A DNA stretch of 64,000 nucleotides from an uncultured Gemmatimonadota bacterium (GTDB taxonomy: Bacteria > GCA-2686955). Shown here piece after piece: positions 1-9,975 of this stretch. Numbering within the stretch: the stretch's first letter is position 1; each line of letters starts with the position of its first letter. The notes under the pieces are model-generated. The model ran no database searches, was not told where the DNA came from, and was given only the letters and a program-made list of their open reading frames with translations. The DNA is taken from positions 1 to 64,000 of the forward strand of contig CAZBBK010000008.1 in NCBI GenBank assembly GCA_964490075.1, written 5' to 3'. The translations under genes were made by a program, and so were the position numbers.

Positions 1-146
1 CGCGACTCTCGATCGAGAGTGGTGAGTTGTGACCAGAATCTGGCCGCAACCTTCAACTCCTCGATCGGAATCGCTGGTTACGACCGGATTCCGACCCTGA
101 TGCTACGACGCCGTCGCCTCTCCTCTCCCGACGGTGTCGTTCCGCC

Positions 147-197
147 GGCGTTTCGATAGGGCGCTTCGCCGCCCGGAAAGCGCCCTATCGAAACGCC
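147..197. repeat. Perfect 20-bp inverted repeat (hairpin, 11-nt loop)
   Basis: GGCGTTTCGATAGGGCGCTT (147-166) is the exact reverse complement of AAGCGCCCTATCGAAACGCC (178-197); no U-tract on either side. Confidence 0.85.
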
Positions 198-380
198 AGA
201 TGGGAATCTGGCCGCTGCTCGGCAAGCCGATGGCGTTTCTGGCTGCCTTCGACGGTACCAACTCCGCCAATGGTCTCGCGCGCTCCTCGGTCGAGCGGGA
301 GTACATCACCGTCCCCCGGCGGATCTGTGTGACCACGCCGCGCTCCCCCGCCCGATTCAGCACCAGCGCGTCCAGCCGAC

Positions 381-1244
381 CTACGCGCACTCCCCGGCGA
401 TCTCGGCCCCCCGCTCCACCACCGGCGCCCACACCGCATCGAGGAAGTCGGCGATCTCGCGCGTCAGCCGCTCCGGATGCATGCGCAGTTCGGCCGCCGA
501 ATGGGCGCGCAGCAGGCGCCCGGTCGGGATCTGCTCGGCGATCTGCTCGGCGTCGCTGAAGGGGTGGATCATGTCGCGCTCGTGGCCCAGCACCAGCGCC
601 GGACAGCCGATCGCGGCGCGCGCTTCCGCGGCCGGACCGACCGGGCCCACCAGCACACCGTGCAGCACCGCCGCCAGCACCTCGGGCGGGGTCGACGCGG
701 CGTTGAGCAGGCTGTTGACCGGGCCCCAGGGGGTTCGCGGCAAGCGGCCGGCGCACCGCGTCACCAGCCCCACCAGCGCAGCCGCGTGACGCGCGGCGAG
801 CAGCAGCGGCACGAAGGTGAGCGCCGCCGCCGGCACGGCGTTTTCGAGCACCGGCATCTCCAGGACCAGCGCCCGCACCCGCCGCGGCACCCGCACCACC
901 GTCTCGAGCGACACGTTGGCGCCGAGCGAAATCCCGCCGATCACCGCCTGGTCGAGCTCCAGGTGATCGATCAGCGCGATCACCTGCTCGGCCCAGACGT
1001 CCATCCGGTAGAGCGACTCGATCGCCGGACGATCGCTGCGGCCGTGCCCGAGCAGGTCGAGCAGCACCACGCGGTTGCCGCGCTCGGCGAGGGCCGCGGC
1101 GATTCCGGCGCTCAGGTTGGTGTCGAGCAGCAGTCCGTTGGTGTAGACCAGGACCCGGTCCCCGTCGCCGAAGACCTCGTAGTAGAGGCGCCGGCCGCGG
1201 TGCTCGAAGGTCTCGCCGCGCCCGCCCGGCGCACCCGCCGGCAC
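381..1244 (-). CDS. Alpha/beta-fold hydrolase
   Basis: DLLGHGRSD motif, GISLG nucleophile elbow, late His (RAHS). Confidence 0.85.
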   Translation of the reverse strand: MPAGAPGGRGETFEHRGRRLYYEVFGDGDRVLVYTNGLLLDTNLSAGIAAALAERGNRVVLLDLLGHGRSDRPAIESLYRMDVWAEQVIALIDHLELDQAVIGGISLGANVSLETVVRVPRRVRALVLEMPVLENAVPAAALTFVPLLLAARHAAALVGLVTRCAGRLPRTPWGPVNSLLNAASTPPEVLAAVLHGVLVGPVGPAAEARAAIGCPALVLGHERDMIHPFSDAEQIAEQIPTGRLLRAHSAAELRMHPERLTREIADFLDAVWAPVVERGAEIAGECA

Positions 1245-1245
1245 G

Positions 1246-1629
1246 CTACTTCGCCCGCTCGGCGGCGATCTGGTGCACCATGATCGCGTTGCCCTCGGGG
1301 TCGAGGATCATCGCCATCTTGCAGATCTCCTTGCCCTCGTCGGTCTGGTTGGTCCACACCTCCTGGACGACTTTGACCCCCGCCTCGCTCATGCGCCGCA
1401 CATCCTCCTCGATGGCATCGCTCTCGATTGCCATGTAGACGGCGGGATTGTCCATGTGCTTGGGCGACATCGTGTCGAGCGCGATGGTCTGCCCGTCCGG
1501 CGCATCGAACTCGGCCCACATGTCGCCGTAATCGGCGCTCTGCTTCAGGCCCAGAACCTCGCCGTAGAAGTGCTTGGCTTTCTCCATGTCGCGCGTCGGA
1601 TGGGCGACGAAGGCTACTTTGGTGATCAT
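1246..1629 (-). CDS. VOC/glyoxalase-bleomycin resistance family protein
   Basis: Begins MITKVAFVAHPTRDMEKAKHFYGEVLGL and ends DPEGNAIMVHQ; ATG at 1629 inside ORF 1246..2604. Confidence 0.85.
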   Translation of the reverse strand: MITKVAFVAHPTRDMEKAKHFYGEVLGLKQSADYGDMWAEFDAPDGQTIALDTMSPKHMDNPAVYMAIESDAIEEDVRRMSEAGVKVVQEVWTNQTDEGKEICKMAMILDPEGNAIMVHQIAAERAK

Positions 1630-1728
1630 CTTCTGGTTCCTCGGTCGGGGTGGTCGCCGATGGGTGAGCTCTGGCCACGGTAACCGAAGCGACGGGACTC
1701 CGCCGGGGTAGGATGGGCGCCCAACATC

Positions 1729-2574
1729 ATGAGCAGATTCCGCCGCACCAGACGCAGACTCGCCGGCCTGGCCTGCCGCGCCCGCATGTGGACCCGGCCC
1801 GACACCGGCAAGCTCCCGGACTTCCTGATCATCGGCGCCCAGAAATGTGGCACGACGACGCTCGAGCGCAATCTGGCGCGGCACCCCGACGTCTACATGA
1901 CGGAGTACTGCCGCCCCGGGTCGTCCCGCGAGGTGCACTTCTTCAACGACCAGTGGCCTCGCGGACTGAAATGGTATCGCTCGCTCTTTCGCGAGGGGAT
2001 GCTCTGCGGCGAGAAGACCCCCCGCTACATGACACGTGCCAAATACATGGAACGGATCCATCGCACGGTGCCGCACGCCAAGCTGATCATCTGCCTGCGA
2101 GATCCGATCCGGCGCCTGATCTCGCAAGTCAACATGCGCCGCCGCCGGCTGCCGGGGTTGCGCGTAGTCGACGTGCTGCGCGATCCCGAGTACGTCGATC
2201 GCGGCTACTACCACCATCAGATCGTGCAACATGTGCTGCGCTATTTTCCGCGCGAGCAGCTGCACGTCGTCGTCGTCGATGAGCAAGCCTCCGCCATCGA
2301 TCGCGCCGCGGGGAGGCCGGGCGGCGGCGACCACGGCCTGACCGTCGCCGATCCGACGACCCGCACCCGCGACATGATGTCGGAGATTTGTTGTTTCCTG
2401 GGTCTGCCGTACGTCCAGGAGTCGCACGACGCCTACTGGGTCGGCAGCTATCCACCCGATTTCGTGGTCACCGATCGGGAGATGGCGGCGCTGCGACAGA
2501 TCTACGCCGAGCCGAACGCCCGTTTCTTCGGGTGGTTGGGACGCAAGATCGACACCTGGGAGCTCAGCGCGTAA
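1729..2574 (+). CDS. PAPS-dependent sulfotransferase
   Basis: 5'-PSB loop PDFLIIGAQKCGTTTL, EVHFF, GEKTPRY, 3'-PB motif LRDPIRRLISQ. Confidence 0.85.
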   Translation: MSRFRRTRRRLAGLACRARMWTRPDTGKLPDFLIIGAQKCGTTTLERNLARHPDVYMTEYCRPGSSREVHFFNDQWPRGLKWYRSLFREGMLCGEKTPRYMTRAKYMERIHRTVPHAKLIICLRDPIRRLISQVNMRRRRLPGLRVVDVLRDPEYVDRGYYHHQIVQHVLRYFPREQLHVVVVDEQASAIDRAAGRPGGGDHGLTVADPTTRTRDMMSEICCFLGLPYVQESHDAYWVGSYPPDFVVTDREMAALRQIYAEPNARFFGWLGRKIDTWELSA

Positions 2575-2657
2575 CCCGGCCGGCATCTCCGGACGTCCAA
2601 TCAACGTCCCTCAACCCAGTTCCTCGCGCCGGTGCAGCACTCGACAAAGGAGACACG

Positions 2658-4682
2658 ATGACCCACCGCGCGATCCTTGTCTTTTCTTGCGCCTTTCTGG
2701 TGCTCGCCGCGGCGCCGGCTCCCCTGCGCGCCGCACCCCCGATCTTCGACCCGATCGCCGAGTCGCGTGCCCTCGGCTCGGTCCTGCTGGCGCTGGAAGG
2801 GAGCGAGCTGGAGCTCGTGGTAAGCGCCCAGGACCCCGATGGAGACGAGCTCCGCTACTGGGCCGAGGGGGTTCCGGGTTGGGCCGACTTCGATACCATC
2901 AGCGCGGTCTTCAGCGGAACCCTTCCGACCTGGGCGGAGGTCGATTCGGTGCGTGTGCGGCAGCCCGGTGCGTACGATGTCGAATTCTATGTCCGCGACG
3001 ACGTCGATACCGTGAGCACGGTGCTCTCGATCGAAGTGGGCGACTCCTTGTGGACACCTGGGACGATGGCCGAATGTGTCGCCGATCGTCCGATCAGCGC
3101 TGGCGGCGAGATCGGCACCCCGGTCGCCCTCCGTCATCTGGAGGAGACGACATTCTGGAGCTCATACGGAGGAGGGCGCACTCTGCGCCGCGTCAGCTTC
3201 GGCTTCACCAGCCAGGTGCCCGATGTCGAGGGCTGGGAGGAGGACTGGGCGACCGAGGCCAATCATCTCTTCCTGCCTCCCGGGCAGCCCGCGGCACACA
3301 ACGTGGGGGCGGTGGTGGAGGGTTGCTACGCTCAGGGATGGGGGATCGAGAGGCTCGCCGAACAGGCCTGTGCCGAGCTCGATCTTCCCGTGCTCATCAT
3401 CGACTGCGACTGGGCCTTCACCTACCCCGGCTCGTTGATGACCAAGTACAACGCCGAAGCTCAGAGCGAGCGCGATCCCGAGCTCCTTTTCTACATGTTC
3501 AGCACCGCCCACTACCTGCGAGCGGCCGACGCGCTGGTGAGCGCGCTCGAGGCCGTGACCGATTGGCCGGTCTCCCACGCCGACTTCCGAGTGGCCCTCA
3601 CCGGGCATTCCAAGTTCGGGCAGACCTGCTACGCCGCGGCCGCCGCCGACTCTCACCGCGTGGCCGCCATCATGTCGAGCGGCGCCTCCGGAATCGACAA
3701 GCCGGCCTCGCGTCTCTTGGCCACCCTGCAGGGGGCGGTGTCGATCAACCCGGGCGCATCGCCCACCTACCTCGGCTCGATGACGACGCATTACGCGGAG
3801 GGCTATCGACGCCAGCGCGAGATGAACCCCAGTTCGCTGACTCTGGTCACCGAAGGCACCAACGATTCGCGGGGCACATCGGAGGGCTACGGCGCGAAGT
3901 ACGGCATGATGGTCACCGACCTCGATCTGGCGCTGCCGCATCGCGTCCTGGCGATCCCGAATCTGTTGCACACCACCCAGAGCGAGCAACACTCGACAGT
4001 CTGGAGGATGTTGCTCGCGGCCGCCTTTCTCGATAGGCCCATGGCCGAGGTGACGGACGTGTCGCACCAGGTCGGCCCCGGCGACATCACGGTCGAGGCG
4101 ACCATTTCCGGCGCCGAACATGTACTGAACGCACGCATCTGGGCCACTGGCCAGAGTGATGCCGACACTTCGGCGTGGGACCGATTCGTCGACTATCCGG
4201 TGACGTGGTTCGGCAACCAGATCCGCGGATCGATTCCAGATACGGCGACCACCTACTTCGTCGAGGTGCTGGATGAAGTCGACGGCGTGCGCGGATCGGT
4301 CACCAGTGCGCCGATGCCGGTGAATCGGGACTACCCACTGCTGCCGCTGGCGCCGGCTCCGGTCGAGGAGCTCGCGGCCGATCTGTCGGTTCCCGTGGTG
4401 ACGCTCACCTGGGAGACCCCGCCGGACGAGGATTTCGCGGGCACCTTGGTGCGCTTCAGCCCCACGCATTTCCCCATCGATCCACTCGACGGAACGACCG
4501 TCTACGACGGGGTCGGCACCTCGGCCGAGCACATCGTCGGCGCTGGCACGCGCTTCTACTACGCGGCTTTCACCTACGATGCGCTCGGCTTCTACGGCGC
4601 TCCCCAGCTCGCATCGGTCGAGCGGGGATTGATCCACATGCTCGAGGCGCCGTCGACGATGACCAGCGCACGCCGCCGATGA
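2658..4682 (+). CDS. Secreted modular protein: Ig/cadherin-like domain, PqaA/CE15-like alpha/beta hydrolase, FN3-like domain
   Basis: AAGGAG RBS and ATG at 2658; signal peptide; AQDPDGDELRY Ig motif; VALTGHSKFG elbow; C-terminal LTWETPPDEDFAG...FYYAAFTYD. Confidence 0.6.
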   Translation: MTHRAILVFSCAFLVLAAAPAPLRAAPPIFDPIAESRALGSVLLALEGSELELVVSAQDPDGDELRYWAEGVPGWADFDTISAVFSGTLPTWAEVDSVRVRQPGAYDVEFYVRDDVDTVSTVLSIEVGDSLWTPGTMAECVADRPISAGGEIGTPVALRHLEETTFWSSYGGGRTLRRVSFGFTSQVPDVEGWEEDWATEANHLFLPPGQPAAHNVGAVVEGCYAQGWGIERLAEQACAELDLPVLIIDCDWAFTYPGSLMTKYNAEAQSERDPELLFYMFSTAHYLRAADALVSALEAVTDWPVSHADFRVALTGHSKFGQTCYAAAAADSHRVAAIMSSGASGIDKPASRLLATLQGAVSINPGASPTYLGSMTTHYAEGYRRQREMNPSSLTLVTEGTNDSRGTSEGYGAKYGMMVTDLDLALPHRVLAIPNLLHTTQSEQHSTVWRMLLAAAFLDRPMAEVTDVSHQVGPGDITVEATISGAEHVLNARIWATGQSDADTSAWDRFVDYPVTWFGNQIRGSIPDTATTYFVEVLDEVDGVRGSVTSAPMPVNRDYPLLPLAPAPVEELAADLSVPVVTLTWETPPDEDFAGTLVRFSPTHFPIDPLDGTTVYDGVGTSAEHIVGAGTRFYYAAFTYDALGFYGAPQLASVERGLIHMLEAPSTMTSARRR

Positions 4683-4696
4683 AGCGGGTGACCGCG

Positions 4697-5323
4697 TCAT
4701 CGTGAGCGTCGCGAGTGCGGCCCGTGCATCCGCCGCAGCTCTTGCAGATCCTCGGCCGTGTTGACGCCAGCGAATGTGCCGGCGGGGAAGGGAAGCTCGA
4801 GCACGCTGCCCAGCTCCGCCAGCGCCCGCATTGCCAAGGGCCCACCGTGACGCAGCCGTGACGCGACCGGGTCCGCCAACGCGGGACGGTAGAGAGCGCA
4901 GACCGGCTGCGCCGCTCCCTCGCTCACCGGAACGATCGCCGGCGCATCGGGCTCCCGGCGCAGGGCACGGGCCAGCAGCGCCGGGATCTCGCTCGGCAGA
5001 AAACAGAGATCGACCGCCAGCAGCAGGATGGTTCGTCCGGGGCGTGCCTGGAAGGCGGCGTCGAGCCCCGCCAGCGGGCCGAGCCCCGGGAAGCGGTCCC
5101 GCACCGTCTCGATCCCCGGCACCGGGAAGCTCGCGCCGCGTCCGGTCAGGGCCAGCAGCTCTTCACAGTGGGGACGCAGCAGTGTCACCGCCCGCTGCGC
5201 CAACGTGATTCCCTCGATCTCGATCGACGCCTTGTCGACGCCACCCAGCCGCCGTGCCTCGCCGCCGGCCAGGATCGCGCCGACCGGCTTCCGGCCGGCG
5301 GCGGGGGAGGGGGCGCCGTTCAC
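4697..5323 (-). CDS. mobA: MobA-family nucleotidyltransferase (molybdenum cofactor guanylyltransferase-like)
   Basis: ILAGGEARRLGGVDKA, GPLAG, AVDLCFL, VNTAEDL; GTG at 5323 overlaps the upstream stop (GTGA). Confidence 0.75.
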   Translation of the reverse strand: MNGAPSPAAGRKPVGAILAGGEARRLGGVDKASIEIEGITLAQRAVTLLRPHCEELLALTGRGASFPVPGIETVRDRFPGLGPLAGLDAAFQARPGRTILLLAVDLCFLPSEIPALLARALRREPDAPAIVPVSEGAAQPVCALYRPALADPVASRLRHGGPLAMRALAELGSVLELPFPAGTFAGVNTAEDLQELRRMHGPHSRRSR

Positions 5324-6324
5324 GGCAGAGTCCAGGTCGACACGCTGTTGGAGAGCAGGTTGGTCACGAAGATGGAATCGCCGAAGAAGGTGAGCTGCAT
5401 CGGATTGCGGTTGACTCCCAGGTGCACGGCAGTGTCGAGCTCGCCACTGGCCGGGTCCCAGCTCTGCACCAGGTTGGAGAGGCTCGCCACCACCCAGAGA
5501 AGGCCCCGGTGCCACTCTACATCGTTCGGCGCGCGTCCGACCGGCCGCGGCAGGCGGGTGAAGCTGCGCTCGCGCAGGCGCACGATCCCGAGCGTCTCCT
5601 CCAGCGTGTGCAGCACGTAGATCCGGTCGCTGTCGGTCGGGTCGACCACCAGATCGACCGGGCCGTCGCCGACCGCGATCGCGTCGAGCACCGAGCCATC
5701 CGCGTCGAGGTGCACCAGGAGATCGCTGTCGAAGTCGGCCGCCAGCACCCCCTCTCCCCGCGCCGCGACCGCCGCCGCCTCGAAGCCGGCGCCCGGGCTC
5801 CAGTCCCGCACCACCACCCCGGCCGCGACGTCGACCGCCGCCACCCCCTGGTCGCCGAACGAACCGACGTAGACCAGGTCGCCCGGGCCGGCACAGGCGG
5901 CCGCGGGGTAACCCGAGAGCGAGATGCGCCGCTCGACCCGCATCGAGATCGGATCGAGAATGGCGACCTCTCCTTCGACCGCGCCATAGTCGCCGGTGCA
6001 GATCGCCGCCAGCAGATCGCGATCGGCCCCGGCGGCCACCACGACCTGGGGATTGATGCCGACTTCCGTCGCCCCGACGACCCGCGCGCTCGCCGGGTCG
6101 ATCCAGCGCACCATCCCGATATCGAAGCTCAGAGTGCCAAAGTCGAATCCCACCTCGCCGACCGCGATCTTCGATCCCACCGCCGTCACCCCGGTCGGCG
6201 CGACGCCGACCGCGATCTCGAGCTCCGCCTCCGGCGCGGCGCTCGGCAGCTCACGGCAGGCGGCGAAGAGCACCAGCGCCACCACCATCCCCGGCGTCCA
6301 CCGCCCGCAGCGCATGTCACTCAT
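5320..6324 (-). CDS. YncE/BtuG-like beta-propeller lipoprotein
   Basis: Lipobox-like LFAAC; repeated YVTN-type blades (IAVGVAPTGV, EVGINPQ, IAVGDGPVDL, CTGDYG). Confidence 0.7.
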   Translation of the reverse strand: MSDMRCGRWTPGMVVALVLFAACRELPSAAPEAELEIAVGVAPTGVTAVGSKIAVGEVGFDFGTLSFDIGMVRWIDPASARVVGATEVGINPQVVVAAGADRDLLAAICTGDYGAVEGEVAILDPISMRVERRISLSGYPAAACAGPGDLVYVGSFGDQGVAAVDVAAGVVVRDWSPGAGFEAAAVAARGEGVLAADFDSDLLVHLDADGSVLDAIAVGDGPVDLVVDPTDSDRIYVLHTLEETLGIVRLRERSFTRLPRPVGRAPNDVEWHRGLLWVVASLSNLVQSWDPASGELDTAVHLGVNRNPMQLTFFGDSIFVTNLLSNSVSTWTLP

Positions 6325-8617
6325 CGGACGACCCGCGCCCATCCATCGAACGCGTCATCCCGCCCTCGATCCCGACCGAGCATCTCAATTCCAGGCCGGG
6401 CGGCAGCGCGTCGACCGCCGTCTGGTAGCTCGAATCGAGCAGGTTGCGCGTCTCGACTCCCAGGCGCAGCCGCCACCGCTCGCCGCTCGCCAGCGTGACG
6501 CGGCCCGATGCGTCGATCAGCCAATGAGGTTCCAGGTAGACGGTGTTCGCCGCGGTGGTCGGCTGGCGCCCGACGAAACGACACGCCAGGTCGATCCCGT
6601 CGCCCTCCCGCCGGTGCCAGCCCGCGCGCAGATGCGCCAGCCGCTCGGCGCGAAATACCAGCGCCCGACCGAAGGCATTTGGGTCGCTCGGGTCGCGGTT
6701 CTCCGCCGCTTGTACGGTGAGCGCGCCCTCGAGGTCGATTCCCCGGGTGCCGCGCCAGCGCAGCACGCCTTCGCCCCCCGAGAGCCGTGCCCGCGGCAGG
6801 TTGACCGGACGCCATTGCAGCGCCGGGCCCGCCTGCCACTGGATCAGGTTCTCGATCTCGCTGTACCAGGCCCGCGCCTCCGCCGTCCATCCGCCGCCCA
6901 GGTGCCATGCCCCCTTGCCATCCACCCCATGGTTGAGCTCCGCCCGCAAGTCGGGATTGCCGCTCAGGTTCAGATCTCCGGACCAGAACAGGTCGTTGAG
7001 GGTCGGTGGACGGACCGACCGGGACGCGGCGGCCCCGAGCGACCACACCCCGCCCGAGTCCTCCGTCTCGATCCCGACCCGCGGACCGAAGAACCACTGC
7101 CCCGGAAAGAGCCGGTCGACGCGCGCCCCTGCCTGAAGGCTGCCGATCCAGGTGCCGGCCGCGCCCCACGGCCGCCGAACCAGCAGGCCCAGGTCGCCGC
7201 CTCCCTCCCGTCGCTCCCGCTCCCCCACTCCTCGGCCCGGGCTCAGATGATCGATGTCGCGATGCCGGTCGAATTCGCCCCAGCCCGCCAACGACCAGCG
7301 CCCGCGGTTCGCCGCGGCGCCGCCCACCAGCCGCCCCTCGGCGCGCACGATCTCCGCCCGACTCTCGCGCCGCGCCGGAAACGAAGGCTGGCCGTCCTGG
7401 ATCGCCGGCGACACATAGTCCTGCTCCGCCCGCGAAGCCGACAGATCGAGCCGCAGCCGGATCCGTCCCTCTTCCCAGGAGCCGTGGCGCAGCCCCAGGT
7501 GCGCCGCGCCGCGGCTGTGGCGGGCCCGCGCCTCGGGGGTCACGAACTCCAGCGTGCCGGGCGCGCCGCCCTCGGCCTCCCGCCACCAGGCCGTCGCCCG
7601 CAGCTCGGTCTCTCCCGCCGGCCAGAACCGGCCCGCCCCGACGCGGAGCGAACGTTCGCGCCAGTCCCCGTTCGGAATTCGCGCGTAGGGATAGGTCGGC
7701 TCCGCCACCGGCAGATCACCCTCATGACGCGCATCCACCGCGTCGAGATCGACTCGAACCCGACCCAGGTCGCCGCCGAGCGCAGCCTCTACGCGCCGCC
7801 ACCCGAAGTCTCCCGTGCCCACACGCCCGCGCAGCGCCGCCGCCTCGCGCTCCGCGTCCGCGCCCACTCCCGCCAGCGGCGCCTCCGTCACCACCGAGAT
7901 GACGCCCCCGGCACCGCCGTGCCCCATCGCCGCCGCCATCGCCCCGCTGCGCACCTCGATCCGGTCGATCGAGTGCACCGCCACCTCGCGCAGATCGGCC
8001 TCGCCGGTGGCCGGATCGTTGATCGGCATCCCGTCGACCAGCACCAGCACCCGCTGCGCGCCGCTGCCGCGGATCGACGCCCTCACCGCCCCGCCGGCCC
8101 GCGCCCGCTCCACCTGCACCCCCGGCGCGAAGACCAGCGCTTCCCCCAGGTGGGTGGCGCCGAGCGCGCGGATCTCCGGTCCCGTCAAGTGCGTCACCAC
8201 CGAACCCGCTTCGGGTGCCGCCACCGCTCCCCCCACCGGCTCCCGCCGCTCCCGAACCACCACTCCCTGCACCTTGTGCACCCGCGGTTCCAGTTCGAAA
8301 TGCAGTCGCGGGCCGCGCCCGCCGCGCACCCGCAGCGCCGCCTTCGACGCACTCCGGTAGGCCACGTGACGCACCCTCAGGCGGTACACGCCGTCGCTCA
8401 ATCCGGTCACTCGAAAGCCCCCGTCCGCGCCGCTCACCGCCCCGAAGGGGGTCGCTTCCACCACCACCGAGGCGCCGGCGATCGGCGCCCCGTTCCGCGC
8501 GTCGACGACCCGCCCCGCCAGCGCCCACTCCTCCTCGGCCCGGACCGGCTCTGGCGCCGCCATCGCCGCCACCGCGACCAGAAGCCGTGCCCCGAGGAGC
8601 AGCGAGCGCAATCCCAT
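6317..8617 (-). CDS. btuB: TonB-dependent outer-membrane receptor, probable cobalamin importer (BtuB-like) with N-terminal carboxypeptidase-regulatory-like domain
   Basis: GRVVDARNGAPIAGASV N-domain; plug SIRGSGAQRVLVLVDG and IDRIEVRSG; barrel motifs RPPTLNDLFW, GNPDLRAE, NLLDSSYQ; lies in the riboswitch-led operon. Confidence 0.8.
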   Translation of the reverse strand: MGLRSLLLGARLLVAVAAMAAPEPVRAEEEWALAGRVVDARNGAPIAGASVVVEATPFGAVSGADGGFRVTGLSDGVYRLRVRHVAYRSASKAALRVRGGRGPRLHFELEPRVHKVQGVVVRERREPVGGAVAAPEAGSVVTHLTGPEIRALGATHLGEALVFAPGVQVERARAGGAVRASIRGSGAQRVLVLVDGMPINDPATGEADLREVAVHSIDRIEVRSGAMAAAMGHGGAGGVISVVTEAPLAGVGADAEREAAALRGRVGTGDFGWRRVEAALGGDLGRVRVDLDAVDARHEGDLPVAEPTYPYARIPNGDWRERSLRVGAGRFWPAGETELRATAWWREAEGGAPGTLEFVTPEARARHSRGAAHLGLRHGSWEEGRIRLRLDLSASRAEQDYVSPAIQDGQPSFPARRESRAEIVRAEGRLVGGAAANRGRWSLAGWGEFDRHRDIDHLSPGRGVGERERREGGGDLGLLVRRPWGAAGTWIGSLQAGARVDRLFPGQWFFGPRVGIETEDSGGVWSLGAAASRSVRPPTLNDLFWSGDLNLSGNPDLRAELNHGVDGKGAWHLGGGWTAEARAWYSEIENLIQWQAGPALQWRPVNLPRARLSGGEGVLRWRGTRGIDLEGALTVQAAENRDPSDPNAFGRALVFRAERLAHLRAGWHRREGDGIDLACRFVGRQPTTAANTVYLEPHWLIDASGRVTLASGERWRLRLGVETRNLLDSSYQTAVDALPPGLELRCSVGIEGGMTRSMDGRGSSDE

Positions 8618-8622
8618 CGCCC

Positions 8623-9963
8623 CTACTCGACCACCAGCTCGGCGCTGGCGCTCTCGTACTGAAGCCCGCCGTCCCCGTCGAACACCCGCCCGACCAGGGA
8701 ATAGCTCCCGGCCGGCGTCGCCACCGGCAGCCTCTCCCGCAGCACGATCGACAGCGGAACCGCCGGATCGAGCACCTTCGCCGCCGCCGACGCGAACACC
8801 GGGTTTCCGCCCCAGGCCTCCCCGTCCGGCAGGTAGAGATCGAGCTCGAATCGCGCCGCCACCGCGGCATCGGTGTTGTTGACCGCCGTCGCCTCGAGCC
8901 GCACCAGCTCTCCGCCCTGCGCCGGGTTCGGCTCCAGCGCGTCGACTTCCAGCGCCACCACCGCGTCATCCCAGAGCACCATCGCCACCGGCCCGCCACC
9001 GATCGGATCGGCATCGACCGGCACCAGGTCGGGCCACGACCAGTCGATCAGCGTCCCCGCCGCGAAGTCGTAGCTGGTGCTGAGCAAGGCGCCGCGCCGC
9101 TCGTCGGGCAGCAGCGCCGAGGTCGGATCGCTGGTCAGCGGATCGTCGGGGCCGCGCAGCAACGCCAGCGTCTCCGCGTCGAAGGTGTAGAGCCCGGTCG
9201 ACAGGAAGCCGCTGTCGCCCAGGTAGCCGACCCCGTCGCGGTCGATGCGGATGCTGCCCGCCGTGCCGCCGACCTCGAGGTGCCCCGAGAGCATCATGGT
9301 CGCCGGATCGATCATGTCGACCGCCGACTCGATCGCCCCCCAGTCGCCGGTGCAGACCGCGTAGATCCGCCCGCGAAAGCTCGTCACATCCTGCGGGTTG
9401 ACGTGCGTCGCGACGCTCCCGGCCAGCTCCCAGGCGTCCAGGTCGATCGCCGCCACCGAAGGATCGACGTAGTCGAAGCTGCCGAAGTCGAAGCCGGTCA
9501 CCCCGACGAAGAGCCGGTCGCCGTGTATCACGCAGCCCTGCGGCCAGTTGCCGACCTCGATCGGGGCGCCGATCAGCTCCGCCGTGGTCGGATCGAAGGC
9601 CTGCACCGCGTTCAGCGCCGAGAGCACCACATAGCCATGACGCGCGTCACGAATCGCGATTCCCCAGGGGTTGGAGAAGGCCGGCAGCGTGATCCACCCC
9701 GGCTCCGCGCTCTCCGCCGCCAGGTCGACGCGAGCGATCGTGTCGTCCCCCGACCCGGTCACGTAGGCGTGGTCGCGCCACACCGCCAGACCGGTCGCGA
9801 AGGTCGGCAGGCCGGCCACGTTGCGCAGCAGCGACCCGCCCGGGAGCAGCTTCAGGTCGAGGGTCGAGTCGCCGCCGTTGACGATCACCGCTGCCGGCTT
9901 GGTCGCGCCGTGGGCCATGCCCGTGACGGCCGCGAGAGCAACAAGAGAGAAGAACGCTTTCAT
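8623..9963 (-). CDS. Secreted YncE/BtuG-like beta-propeller with C-terminal Ig-like domain
   Basis: Signal peptide; blades FSNPWGI, IEVGNWPQG, HVNPQDV, CTGDWG; about 110-aa C-terminal beta-sandwich. Confidence 0.7.
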   Translation of the reverse strand: MKAFFSLVALAAVTGMAHGATKPAAVIVNGGDSTLDLKLLPGGSLLRNVAGLPTFATGLAVWRDHAYVTGSGDDTIARVDLAAESAEPGWITLPAFSNPWGIAIRDARHGYVVLSALNAVQAFDPTTAELIGAPIEVGNWPQGCVIHGDRLFVGVTGFDFGSFDYVDPSVAAIDLDAWELAGSVATHVNPQDVTSFRGRIYAVCTGDWGAIESAVDMIDPATMMLSGHLEVGGTAGSIRIDRDGVGYLGDSGFLSTGLYTFDAETLALLRGPDDPLTSDPTSALLPDERRGALLSTSYDFAAGTLIDWSWPDLVPVDADPIGGGPVAMVLWDDAVVALEVDALEPNPAQGGELVRLEATAVNNTDAAVAARFELDLYLPDGEAWGGNPVFASAAAKVLDPAVPLSIVLRERLPVATPAGSYSLVGRVFDGDGGLQYESASAELVVE

Positions 9964-9975
9964 CGATTGGACTTT

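Noticed and set aside
1-380. Possible gene end or remnant at the window start
   Set aside because: No recognisable motif in any frame; cannot be supported without upstream sequence.
6317-6370. TonB receptor lacking a terminal Phe, as a sign of pseudogenisation
   Set aside because: The reading frame is otherwise intact and coupled to the next gene; a short tail extension is insufficient evidence.
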